In this document: piece after piece, positions 37,977 to 51,073 of the stretch
Layout of the letters: every line of letters begins with the position of its first letter
Position numbering within the stretch: the stretch's first letter is position 1
NCBI GenBank assembly: GCA_001687465.1
Contig: LVLI01000217.1
Location: forward strand, 1 to 64,000
Direction: 5' to 3'
Origin: Halocafeteria seosinensis
Taxonomy: Eukaryota
Length of the DNA: 64,000 nucleotides
Program-made: the position numbers and the translations under genes
The notes under the pieces: generated by a model
Told to the model about the DNA's origin: nothing
Database searches by the model: none
What the model saw: only the letters and a program-made list of their open reading frames with translations

Positions 37977-40567
37977 TCAAAACGTATTCAGTCTGTCATC
38001 ACCGCTTCGCTCAAAAGTGGTAGAGCCTTTGGATGCCGATTCCGACCTATGATGCCGCACTTTGTTATACAAAGAATCCAAATTAAGCATTGAACTGGAT
38101 TCTTGGAATGCCGCATCAGTTTTCTCAGAGTGTAGCACATGGTCCATGCCTATTCTCTCCAACCTCTGGGTAGCTACTTTCCTCATGATTGAGGTAACAT
38201 CAGGGAAGTACTCTGTATAGGGCATCGTGTTGCAGTATGCGAGACAAAGTTTCCCATTTCCCTACTTACCAATCAGACGATTGAACCTATCGCCAGGCAC
38301 AACGTGAACGTAGCAGTCACTCACCGCACGTACTGTAAAGGGCTCGCGGGTGTCCCAAAGTAGCGCCACGTCACCTGGTCCAAGCGGTAGAAAAGGAATC
38401 GAATACGTTCATGCCCTAGAAAACTTATTTTGCTTACCGAAGAAAGATCCATCAGCAAGAGTCAATACAGTCTCTTCACCCCTAATTAGTTCACATTCTC
38501 CGTCGCCAATAATGTATAAACCTGAAAGAGTAGAAAAATGAAATGTAGGATGCCATTCTACCAAAAAGCCGTGGCTTCATACCTGACACAGGCTCGTCCT
38601 GAAGGACTACTTCATCGTCAGCCAGAATAAGCTGCGTATTAAGTTCGGGCACAAACGACTCGAGGAACCCGTCACTAGTATTTGCAAGTAGCGGAACTTT
38701 CTTTGTCAAAGATTTGAGGCGATTGATATGAATGGAGCGGTAAAGCGGTCTCGGCAGGGAATGCAGGAGGGTAACTTCGTCGAACTTCCGACTCGAGGGA
38801 AACCGTTGGCGGATATACCTTCGGATGCGATCCCGCAGTTCCTTGGGAACGTTATAGTCACGCATGAACTGCAAATAGTACAAACCGTTACGGGCGTGAG
38901 CGCAGTATTCGGAGTCAATGTTGTACCTACCAAGTTCATCTCATCCATATACTGCCGGAACTCTGCGCCGGACTTGTTCGCGTTCATGATAAGCGTCGTG
39001 ACGGTGGCAATCACTACGGCATATATAGAGGCTCCCACCAAATTGGACAGACTAATGAATACAGCCTCAGCTGTGCGCTGCGGTATATAGGAGCCGTATG
39101 AAATGCATAGCATAATAGAAGTGGACGTATACATTGACCACAGATATTGTTCGCCAACATTGAGATCCTTGATGCCACTCAGGGTTACCCATGAGTCCTG
39201 AGCGAAATCGCCTGTAAATCGAAGCGGTTCCAATATAAACAAATGAAATGGTACGCACAGTGCTTCGATAGAGCCACTTACTTAAGCGCCCGATGAGGAA
39301 CAGCAGACAGGCATCCATATGTATAAACAGCAAAATTGACACAGCCAAAATAGTAACGTTTACTCGGAACGGGGAGACATGAGCAAAATATTTCTTGGTA
39401 TAGCGGAAAATTTTTGTGAGCCGTAGAAGCCTCAGCAGCCGCATCATTCTCAGCACTAGCATCGGCCGCGATGGACTGCACCACAGTGTAGCATTGAAAT
39501 ACAAACTGTGGCCACACACGACAGGTATCTATACATACTCGATGATTCCATCGAAACCGTTTACTAAGGCAAAGTAATCAATTGGAAGTACAGAAATAAT
39601 GTCAATCCACAAATATGTCTGCATGAAGCACGGATTAAATAGGATTCACGGTCTTTAGAATCGGAGCAGGAATGACAGGTAGAAGTAAGCCAGCCATACC
39701 CTCCTATAGTTCTTCATCGTTAATTTGGGAGTCATGACAAGTTCGTCATTCGGCGTCCAGTATCCAGTGATAAAGCTCACAAAGATATCTACGATAAAGA
39801 TGACATCGACAAAGATGCCCACGCCGAAACTGCAAAGCCATCGAGAGACCAGTCAATACAGTCCCAAATAGAACCTCTTAACATCCTTCAAGTACCACTT
39901 ACAACACCAGCGAGGTATCCTTTGTTTCTATGAACGATATCTCAAAGGGCACAGTCATTGCAGTATAGCCGACCAGCAGCGCAATAAAGATATCCCAGAG
40001 CAATTTGAATCGACTAAAGGGACGAATCGTAAAAATATTTCCACAGACTCGTTGCCGACGACTCATCTTTGAAAATTCTTCCTTCTCGGCCAGATGCAGC
40101 CGATACTCTGTTTCTGACATCCCATAAAGTTGCCTGCGTCGGCTCAACGTCTACCCTCATGCATGAGCATATCACGAAAGTTGAAGTACTCACCTGGCAA
40201 GTTGGCGGCTTCCTTCCAATTCGTCAGAGTCAAGCATGACAAAGGAGCCTGACCTTTCTATTGATTTGTCTCGTTCACCAAAGGGGACACAAGCCCCGTA
40301 GTCGGTCTCCCCCTTCATTTGTCCATTCCCCGCTGCCGATGAATAGCGAAGCACTGGAGCATCTACTTTGATTGGCGTTGATTGGGTTGAATGGCTTGCT
40401 TGGTGCTTTGATGGCTCCTCATCCTCTTGTGATGAAAAGGACTCGGGGTCCTGGAACATGCTCTCTGGTACGCATTGCTGCGATAACAGCGGCCGTCCTT
40501 CATTTCTGCGATGCTGTTGTGATGTTGAGTCATTCGAGTTCCCAGATACACCCTCTAGCGATATCAT
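37977..40567 (-). CDS. HCN/CNG-like voltage-gated channel with cNMP-binding-homology domain
   Basis: IRPFSRFKLLWD (S1), S4 RMMRLLRLLRLTK, pore helix/filter MLCISYG, C-linker LRDRIRRY..FDE..LP.PL, GSFFG|DVALL. Confidence 0.9.
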
Positions 40568-40839
40568 TCTACTGCTCAGCAACGAGAAAAGTACCCAAAC
40601 CTTGGGAGTCGTTCAAACGACGGTGCAACAACTTCTGAAACGATTCTATTTGCCATCGCTGATCATCAAATGGCAGCGTTTCTATCATTCACGGGTTCGG
40701 AACTTCGAGCTGTGAAGTTGAAGTTCGCCACAAAGCAATCTTTTCGTTGAGTTTAGAAGGAATGATTGCGATATTACGTTTGGGTTGGATATTGTCGTAC
40801 TGGAGACCCCATTAGCACCCTTCGGAACTCTTGGACAAG

Positions 40840-42988
40840 ATGATGAAGCAGCAGGGCAGGAAGGAGGGTCGAAATCCGGCTCATTCGGACGCAACAGGGA
40901 GCAGTGTGTTGTCGGCTGTCAGCGATGAACATGAACATGAGACCGGAAATGGAGGCTATACAACACGTAAAGTGCATATCCCTGTGCAGTACTTACGGTG
41001 TGCCATGGTTGCCAACTGCGCCATCTATAATACTAATCCTACCAGCTCTCCAGCTTCGAGCAAAGGAAGACGAAGAGCTATAACACCAGGGTCCTTTTCC
41101 ACTTCCTCGCCGCTACGAGGTGGTACAAGAAGTAGCAATGATCTGTGGACACCTTTGAAGGAAAATATCGAAACTCCAAAGAGTACTGAGCGACATAGTG
41201 GGCCTACCCCAAGTACTGTCAGGCAGAGAGGTAGCTCATCCAAACACTCTGGATCTCACTACAACCTTCACGGAGATGGACCAGAGGCAATGATATCTCC
41301 CGTCAGCTCGCAATCAGGCTTTTCTTCTACCCTGAATGAGCGAAAAATCAGCCCGGAAGAGGAGAGGAAGCTTCATCGACCCATCGTGTGGAATGCCGTG
41401 CTACAAACACATGAACATGTGAACCAGGGTGACTACGAAAAAGTTCGAAATTATGTTCATCACAAGGTCAACGAATTTCGTAGTGAAATGGATCGCGAGT
41501 TCTCCCACATGAATGCTTCTGATAAGCTTCACATTTCTCATGATCAATTGTCTCCGGTACTGCATCGAGTTCGCAAGAAATTATTGGAGCCCTTTACGGC
41601 GACCAAGACGAGCCAGTTAATCGATTTGGATGTTAACCGATCGTTCCATTTCGACGTGGCCAATACATGGAGCCCACTCTACAAAGCAGAGATGCAGTTT
41701 CAACTATCGCTTGTTTGTCACATTTTCTTTACCGTAGTGCATGCGGAAGGGCTAAAAATTCATTACTATCAAGGCCTTAACGATATTGCTTCGGTGCTGC
41801 TAGTGATATTGGGTCCAACAGATGCAATCTTCGCCCTTTCGCGGTTATGCGCTGATCATCTGAGAGGATTTACCGTGGAAACCATGTCGGTTACACAGCG
41901 AGTGAACAGGTTTTGTCTGGGGCTTGTTCGAAGCCAAGACCGTGAGCTGTACGAGCACTTGAGTGCTACAGAAATGGAGCCAATTTTCGCTATCCCTTGG
42001 TTCTTAACGTGGTTTGCTCATTCTGTGAGGGAACTAGACGCGATTTGTGAGTTATACGATATACTTCTCGTTTCTAGTCCGTTATTTTGCGCGTATCTAG
42101 CCGCATCCCTTATCCTTCAAAACCGTCGAAGAATCCTGTACTTACCGGCTGACATGGGGCAGTTTCATGTGGCTTTGCAAGAAGCAGCCGGCACTATGCC
42201 CCATCGCGAAATGATCGTGAATGCGATTAAACTCTATCAAGCTTGCCTTCCCCACTCTGCAACACTGTCACCCGATGCGAGCAATGAAACTGAACGCGCT
42301 TGGTAAGTGGGGAGTATTATCCGAGAGCTATGTCATGAGAGCATCTGTGTATTTATCCTGGGTTACTTACAGGGCCGAAGTCACTAGGTTTCCTAAATTC
42401 TGGATGACAAGCCATACGTTTGTGTATTGCTCGAACTCAGATGTGACTCCTAGTTTGGACGTGCATCCACGAGAGGTCATCGGGTGCATTTCTCATCTGT
42501 TGAAGTCCCTGCATAATCGGTATGCCTCTTGCCGAGTGATGGTACCTTTGAATGTTCAAGACCCTGTTCTCATTCACCTTCCGTCGACGATCATTGCAAC
42601 GTTGGCCCTTAAGGATACACCAAATGCGATCGTTCGATCTTCGCTGAGAGGTGATACCAAAATGTCTTGGAACGAATTTCTGAAGTATCATCCCGATTCC
42701 CGCGTTGTTGTTGGTGGTGGATCATGGTTGCCGATAAAGGCAGCAAAGACGTATATCCAAGACGTATCGTTAGAGCTATCGCACGCATTTAAAACTCTGA
42801 CAATCGGACTACTGCTGTGTTATATCCTCGGATTCTTGCTACTTGCACTTACTGGAACTGTAAGCGAGCATCACGAATACGGTTACCCGATGCTGGGGGT
42901 GTGTTCTGGCGAGTGTAACCGCGCTCCATCGTGCACATTTCTATGTTGCCTGCGCCGAGCCACGGTATTTGATGAATATGCAAGCTGA
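40840..42988 (+). CDS. TBC-domain Rab GTPase-activating protein (TBC1D20-like) with C-terminal TM
   Basis: IDLDVNRS (Arg finger), HYYQGLNDI (Gln finger), FAIPWFLTWFAH. Confidence 0.9.
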
Positions 42989-42999
42989 AACTTCTTAAG

Positions 43000-45594
43000 A
43001 AGACCGCTCTGATATTGGTTCCTGATAGGGAAACACTTGCTTCACTGTTCTGGGCGTCTGTCCGTCGAGTATCTGGGTATCCACACAAGACAGCCACCTT
43101 AGTTATTGTACATTCGCATGAAGCAGCGCCGCCTCAACTCACATCTTTGATGACGATCTCGAAGGTGTCCACATCGACGTTGGATTGGCTGGTCCACTTG
43201 TAGTAATTCAAACCAGCCCAGCCAGAATACCTGCACCACAGTTCATTGGTCTCCTGTACTTGGGAGCGAGCAAATCAAAACCTCAGCGCCACATACGATT
43301 CAAAACGACCCCGATGGTATCCAGGAGTTTGAATTTCCAAAACCGAACTTCCTACGGACATGAACAACGCATGGGCCAAAGCAGCACTGGGAAGTAGATG
43401 CAGAACTGGGGGGTGCAAAACCCTGTTTGTGTGTAATCGATGTCATGACACGTACCCATGAGCTCCAACCAAGATGCACCCTTGTTGGACCATTTCGATC
43501 TGCTCTTTGACAGTCATGGATGTAAACACTCCATTGTGTACCGTGATATCTATATTGTGTTCTACTGAGTACTGGTGGGCTAACCTGTAGAATTCAAGCA
43601 AAAGAACACAGGGACAGTTGGTTGCGGTCGCGAAAGTGGTAGGGCATAATGCGGCTTACTGTTCCAATCGTTGCAACAGTGCGGGCTCATTGCTTATTCT
43701 AGGCTTTATTTGGCCATTGTGGCGTGGATGGGCCATATAATTAACCCTACGGGCGAAGACAATATGTTTACGTGTCTGTCAAGAAACAACATAGTTAGAT
43801 AGCATACTGCGACATCCCTCATGTTCAACCAGTTACTCACATCTGTACAGGAGCGATCTAGGTTCGCGTTAACGCCCATCGACTGTGTAAATTGGTGGGC
43901 GAAGCTCCTGACGAAAGGATTTAGGCGGCAACTTCTCTTGGAACCCACTCCTCGAGTAAGAGGAGAGATATAGCCATTTGGGACGAAAACGGCCTGACGG
44001 AAGCAAACCCTCCTGTTGAAATGCTTCACGTAGTCCATGAATGGCCACACCTTGTGCCACGTGTCTTCTAAAATACCTGTACATCGCAGATTCAATGTCT
44101 TGTGTAGATCAACAAGAAGGCCTTTCCTTGCGTTTCCCTACGCACTTACTGTGCGAGTGGCCATCGAGAATAATGACCGGCATTCTCGGTAGCCCGAGTG
44201 TTCGAGAAACCAGCCACACATTGTACCAGTCTGTGGTCGTCATTGCCAAATTCGCAAACTCAGCTCGAGACACAAATAAAACGGGAATTTTCACTACAGC
44301 GTCGCACTCTACCGCATGGACTGTCTCTATTCCGGTTAATATCTTAGAGTTTTCATGAGTGACAAGAGAAGACAGCTCACCCAGTCTTCGCTCTGGGTAG
44401 GTCTCATCGACAAGCACTTGCATTGATCCTTGAACCACAGTGGGAAACTCTTGGGACTCATCTGCACTTTGATATCACTACCTAGTGTACCAAATAAATG
44501 CTAGCATCAACTGTCTTACCTCTACCTTTCACTTCCTCCACAGGCTCCCCACCACAAGACACCCCTAGTTTGTTGGTGTCGACCATAATATTGTTTGCTA
44601 TGCAGATGGAATCGCGGAGCGACTCGCTGTATGCACATTGCAGTGGGGTTCGCGGGTAGGAAGTGTCTTGCGGTCCCGGAATCTTTAGCAGCACCTCCCC
44701 AGGATCGGAATCGTCCTGGCTCTGTCCTCGCAGATTGCTCGGCAAATAACTGTCATCGAAAGGCTTCTTGAGCGCAGAGGGCGGAATCACTTCCTTCACC
44801 CCGGTGAACCCTGGTCCGAAAAACAGGGAGCATTGGTCCGTATCGGGCTTTAGCCAGTTTATACGATCTGAAACTGGATCACTCGGCCAATCCGGAAGAG
44901 CAGCTTTAGCGAGTCGTTTCATGGGGTCTTCAAACGTCTTCAAAAGAGTTGGCGAACGCCTGCAGCTTTCCGGTACTTCTACGTCCATTGCTACTGCTTT
45001 CAGTTTGTCCGCGTTATTGAGTTTTTCGGGATCCACTAGGTGTTGGTAATCCGAGGCATGGGCGACTCCTAATGATGTGGTGGGTGGCTTATGATCCTTG
45101 GGTCTGTTCCTCTGATAAGCTGGAAGAGGAGGCGCATCCTTCCTTGGCGCTAAAGCATTAACGGGAATTGGCTCTGTCTTCTTCTCTTCCCCCCACGACT
45201 CGGCTCCTGAGGTTGAGGTCTTGAACAATTCCTCACCGGCAACTCGTTGACGATGATCGGCGGCATGCTGCTTTGATCTCAAACTGCTCGTATCTCGATG
45301 GTCGGCATTCTCTGGGAGTGATCCTGAGGAGGGCCTTGTATCCGCGTCTGCGTCCTTGGAGTACATAGCTTGGTGGGTATCCTCGTGAAGCCCAAATATC
45401 AAAATGACGGTTTGCGTTCCAATGATTCCCACCAACAGACATCCCAATGCCAAGAGTAATGAGCTCTTGGACGATATAGGGGCATTCGACTGCCCCTTAT
45501 GACCCATATCTGCACTCGTAGCAGGCCTACGGCGTCCAATACGCCCGAGACCACTGTTATTGGGTCCCTCCGAAACAGGAGATGACGACGACAT
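43000..45594 (-). CDS. Type II membrane glycosyltransferase family 61 (EOGT/xylosyltransferase-like); 3' end approximate
   Basis: N-terminal TM anchor; R.EFANL....DWYN; EQIEMVQQGCILVGAHG|AALAHALFM..SVLEI motif. Confidence 0.82.
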
Positions 45595-45636
45595 GTCCAA
45601 AAAAATCGTATATCCCTATCTCTTCAGGATAGATCA

Positions 45637-45657
45637 ATATATATATATATATATATA
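45637..45657. repeat. (AT)n microsatellite upstream of the GT61 start
   Basis: About 10 uninterrupted AT units. Confidence 0.9.
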
Positions 45658-45937
45658 CATATACTACCGGTGGACATCAACAATTCAATTCCTACTTTCT
45701 ACTATGGTAGTATGCACGTGATAGGTATACGAACAACTCTGTGAAGATGGATAGGTAGTAATTCCCGGTAGTAATGAGCAGTCATTGTTGCCTTGTGGAC
45801 AAACAAAACCCTTAGTGCAATTCAATTTAACACACAATTTGTGACATAAAGCAAAACAAGCACTCACAAAGATAAAAGACTGCGGAGACTAAAAGAAAGA
45901 CTCGGCAATCAGAATTCCAATAACGCTCTCCAATGAA

Positions 45938-47394
45938 TCAGTTGTACAACGCTGCGCGTCCGCGGAGGCGCGAGTCCTCCCAAGGGACGTACTCAAAGGA
46001 TGAGGCTTTGGAGGAGCTGCTCCATACTTCGTTTTCAATTACACCTGGCGGTACAATTTCAGATGATCCGGATCTATCTCGACTGTCCAGTGCGCCTCGA
46101 ATGGCGCCATTAATTTCTTCCGATGAACGCAACGACCTGAAGAAAGCTGGTCCCACATCTATCGGCTGCTGCTGTTTCCTTGAAACCATCCGCTCAATGG
46201 GGAGTGGGGCATTAGCCATAAACGAGTGCTGAAACAGTGCGGCGAGATCATCCATGAAGTTCGTTGGATCCTTTGGCCGAAAGCATTCAGAAATGAAGCT
46301 ATTCAATTCACTGCTCATGGTCTCCAGGCGAGTCCGGTGGAGCACATAAGCATTGTGGGTTCCAAGAAGCACCTCAGGGGGATAGAGACTGGATAGGACC
46401 TTGAATACAACCACAGCAAGTTTACGGCTTGCTTCTCGCTCAAGACCCGTGTATATCTCGAACGTCAAGTATCCAAGTTCCCAGCTATCATCGGTAACGT
46501 CTGCTTGAGAAATGGGTACAAGCGGAGTACGGAAACTCACACTCGCTATTCCCTGCTTATCGATTAAAATTTCATCCGACCTCAGTCTTTCATAACGGTA
46601 GCCACATGACCGCACGTGCTGCATCGCTCTAACGATATGAGAAACATAGCGTTTGACCATGCTTTCCAGGCATTCACCACCACACATGTCGATGATCTCC
46701 CGCAAGGTACATACGGCACGTTGTTCCTTGAAAACCACTAGTTCGCCATCCACATAGCCGTAACTATGAACCCGCTCCACAGCACCGTAAGCACGAAGAG
46801 TCCTCTGAACCTGTATCTGCCGCTCTAGGAGTTGTAGCGAGCTATTGAACTTTTCCATGAGCAGCCGCTTCCCTCTGTCAATGAGACACAAACTCGCTTA
46901 ATGATACGCCCGCTCTAACAAAAGTGCGTGAGTGCTCTGGATACTTACGTTTTACGGTCAATACATTCGGTGGTTTCGGCAGCGCCAGACCCGTACCGAT
47001 TGCCGAGTTGAACATCCAATCTGCACCCCAGGCGAAAAAGGTGCCTCACAGGTGAGTATTCTTGGATCGCGCGCAGGACTTACATGTTATCTTCCTCACT
47101 CTCTCTTCTCTGCTCATCGGAGACTTCATCTTGCGTGTTCAAGATGGAGGTACTGCCGGATTGGGGAGGTGTATAGCAATCCACTGTAATGTTCTGCCGC
47201 GCGTTGGCGGGGTTCGGGCCTTGAGAGCAAGCTGATTCTTCTCCCGGGGCTCTGTTTATTGCTCCACTAGGCTGAATCCCCCTTTGTGGCGGGGTATTCT
47301 CCCCTTGGTGTACTCGTTCTTGCCCTTCCGCCTCTGGGAAAATGGCAGATGGGGTATGGAAACCACGGTGGCGGCCTTGGAATGGCGGAGGCAT
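45938..47394 (-). CDS. Protein kinase-fold protein, probably a pseudokinase
   Basis: Kinase-like spacing (DRKTGKRLLMEK, TLREII, V..M.H, LRSDEILID, DSWELG.L.FEI.TG, FISECF, LFQHSF) but no HRD, DFG or APE motif. Confidence 0.7.
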
Positions 47395-49339
47395 TGCTCT
47401 CCTATCTTGGACCTCAGTTTCTATGCTTCGTCCATATACGCGTCCGGGATACCCTTTTCACTGGCTATAAGCACCCGTATACCCGGTTAAAACCACGCGA
47501 AAAACACCCCGTTATCCACCGTAGTTTCTTCCCTTTTCGCGTGCTCTCCACAACAGCGGAGAACAAACAGTCAGAGCCCGTTTTGCACGTTTTGCACGGG
47601 CGGGATCAATCGCAACTGCTTCCCCTGATCAGTTCCAAAGGCGCACACAACGGTGGATCTGACGATTCAGTATATTCAAATGAGTCTGATCGGTATTGAC
47701 CCATGCATCATGTTCGGTGTTCGTCGGCTTACTGGCAAGTAACTGCAACAGCGCTGGCCCGCAGGCAAACACAGGGAGCCAGCACAGAACAGTAAGTTAG
47801 CAGGGGAAGCCCGAGGGAGAAAGAGAGGCATCGGGATCCGGACGACAGTTGAAGCGGTGGTTTCGCTTGAACATGTGATACCTCCACCCGCTATGTATAT
47901 TGCCAATGAATGGGTAAGCGTATTGGTGTGAGACGTCAGACGTTGAAATGCGACACTGTAGTATACCGCTGGTGTTACTCTCGAACCCGCACCCCAGTTG
48001 GTTGAATACCGGTACAACTTGTATGGAAGAGCCAGTGAATACGTCCCAACGGGGGTATGTTCTACAATCCAATGGAGGGTGACTCTGTCCCGTTTGTAGG
48101 TTTCAAGAAACCTTCTCAGAAAACATGCTTCATTGACAACCCGTCTGGAGGACGGTCTAACCAAGATGGTTCCATAAACTCTTCTTCCCGCCTCCTGAAA
48201 GCGCATCACCGCTCATTATGATTACTCAGCTCATGGTCAACCAACGGATCCGGCCGGAGATAACAGTGTTGTTCAACAGCAAACGAACTGTGGCCTGGCC
48301 TTACGAACTCCTCACATCACGAAACCAGTGGCAATTGTGATTGAATGATTGAAGCCTCTCATTGCTACGAGAGAAGAATACACCACCGAGGCCACCGCCT
48401 ACTTCCCCTTTGGGAAACATGAGGAACACGTCGACCGCTCGAAGGTGCCAGGAAGCTCACGAAGTTCCTCGCTGCTACCCGGTATGAAGTTGTTCGTTAG
48501 CGCAACATTGCATGTGGCGCAGACGAGACCACGTAAACATGTAATGATGAGTGTGTGAAACCCGCGCTCCGTGTTTGTTTCAAACCTGCTGTGGCCTTAC
48601 AACATGTAACACTACAATGGTTGTACTACAATGTACAGAGCGTACAGTTACCTGTACTGTACAGGCTGTACAACCCTCCTTACATTCATGCGTGCTTGAC
48701 CCATCTCACCATTGCTCAGCCACGTTTACTTAATACAGTGGCGCTACAACTAGAAGTTGAAAGAGCTTCGGTTGCCTCTCCGTTGAAAGTAAACAAAAGG
48801 TAGACACTGTTCAATCACTGTACGGTAACGCTCGAAGCGTGTAGTTCGAGAATCCGATAGTTCCCAAGCGCGGTACTTGCAACAGCAGCCAACCGGGCCA
48901 AGCCATGCAGATGAGGGTGCATCTAAATTGCATACCCTTGTATCCTTATCCTTTCCCCTCCATCCTTACACCAATACGTCGCGCAGCGTCTGCATCCCGG
49001 TTGTACCACTTGGTACTCCAGGTACTACTCCTAACAACCCAAGGGTATAGTCATCCAGCGTCTCCTTTGCCTTGCTAGATGCATAGCATACGCTCACTTC
49101 TGCGACGTACAGAAGTTCAACACCGGGAATGTCATTCTCTTTGGGCAAAACAATACAATATCAATGACTTTGTTTGGAACTTGGCCTCTGTGAAGACCCT
49201 GGGGAGCGCTCGGCTCTGTCACTGTTCAGCGGGGTTTTCGTATCATTGTTGAGGCTCATTCATATACTATATCCGGTTCATTATTATTGTAGAAACGAGA
49301 ATTGGATTTTGAATCAGCTTGTCGTGCGTGTATACGAGC

Positions 49340-51073
49340 ATGAGACGGACACAAAGCGCCGCGGCGTGGCTGCAGGACCGGGAGACGGAGCAGACTATAG
49401 CGAGTAATACAGAGACAGTCAGCATTCAGACTGTCATACAAGATGCCCACAATGTCATCAACTTAGGGATCAAGCTTTGTAAGTGCACGCTGGATACGTA
49501 TTTGTACTCGTACGGGCCAACAAGGACCTTGTGTTTCTCCGTGCTGGGGTGCAGGTACTGGACTTTCAATAGCGGTAAGAGAGAGGCATTCTGGGCGCCT
49601 CTATTTAGTGCCGTGGTTTCATTTGGGGTTCTCTGTTGATGTATCGGTTGCAGATTTGGATCTACGTCTATTTTACCAGCAGATTTTTGCTGGACTTGCC
49701 CACTGTGGACTTATATTCCGAAGCGATACCGTGGAAGTGGGTTATAGCGTGGGTACTGTTGCTTCTTCCCTTAGCACTCGACTGTGTTTCCCTGTATTGT
49801 ATATGGTACTCCTACCGCTTTTTACGGCGTGTATGGTGCCGGCCAGTAAGGGTGGACGGAAAGGAGGCAACAGAGGAAGTAATTAATGAACTCATTGCGA
49901 GGGCGCCGCATAATGAAGACCGGCTAGTTCAAGCCATCTACACTGATCGCTTAGGAAACCATGTCTTTCAGTATTGCTATGCTAGGATGTTTGCTATGCT
50001 TGTGGGTGCCAACTTTGAAGCAAAACCTATCAGCAAACCTTTTGATAGTCTGCCCACGTGCATTCCTGCAAATCCGGCAGCGTCCGACAAATTTTGTGAG
50101 GGATATAGTCTGGAGCCGACGACAAGCAAACGTGAGCGAACTAAGAGTATTGGCTTAACTAAGAAAGCATATGAGGAAACTAAGAAGAACGAGGTTGATA
50201 AGAAGCGAGAAAAGGTTCTTCGGAACTGGTTTCAATATCCAGTTTCCCAATACGCCCAGGATCTGTACATATTCAATATCGCTTTGCTGAAAAAATGGGT
50301 GAAAGAAAGTGTTGACAAATGCTCTGAGAGAGACGGTTCAAAAGTCCCACAATTCGATAAGTCTGAGCTTGTTATCCACGTTCGTTTAGGCGATATCTTA
50401 TGGGTAGGTGACCTTGCTTGCTTTTTTGACGCTTTCAAGTCGATTACTTTCTTACTGAACTCTTTCTGCAGGGTCATCATGCCGCATATAGGCCACTACC
50501 GTTCAGCTTTTATAGGGAGGCCATTGCAACGTTTTCGGGTATGTGTTAGGTTTTCTTTGTACTTGATTCGCCTCTTGTCTTTAAAGCTTTAAGTAAAATA
50601 TGCGTTGCTTCGCAGGCTCTCTTCCTCCCAAGATAACGCTGGTCACAGAGAGTAGAAACCACTCAATTATCAGAAGATTGAGAGATCACTTAGAAGAGTA
50701 CACTGCCAACTTGCATCTTCAGGAAGGTAGCGATCAGAACTTTGCAGGAGTACACGTCCAAAGCGAGGACATGGTGACAGATTTCTTGACGTTGTATCAT
50801 GCTCCTCGACTTGTTTTCAGCGTCTCTACGTTTTGCTGGTGGGCCGGATTCTTGGGTGACTCTGCAATAATTTATCCCATAGTGGGTGTGTTCCGACCAT
50901 CTCCTTGGACGACAGGTGCAAGTGACACTGCTGACTATACAGACTTTAGGGGGAAGTATCCGATTCAGGATCTTCTATTCCCCAAAGAAGACAGTGAACG
51001 CGTTACTTATATAGACTGTTCCCACCTAAAGAGATGGGAGGGGAAGCACGAGATCTCTACCCTGTTTGATTGA
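49340..51073 (+). CDS. Alpha-1,2-fucosyltransferase-like (GT11) with N-terminal membrane segments
   Basis: RLGNHVFQY, IHVRLGD, DFLTL...STFCWWAGFLG; several introns; 5' exon structure uncertain. Confidence 0.8.

Noticed and set aside
47960..48020. tRNA-like GGTTCGA on the minus strand
   Set aside because: The T-stem does not close and no cloverleaf can be drawn.
47676..48209. 177-aa minus-strand ORF in the intergenic gap
   Set aside because: No motif, no convincing ATG start or splice structure.
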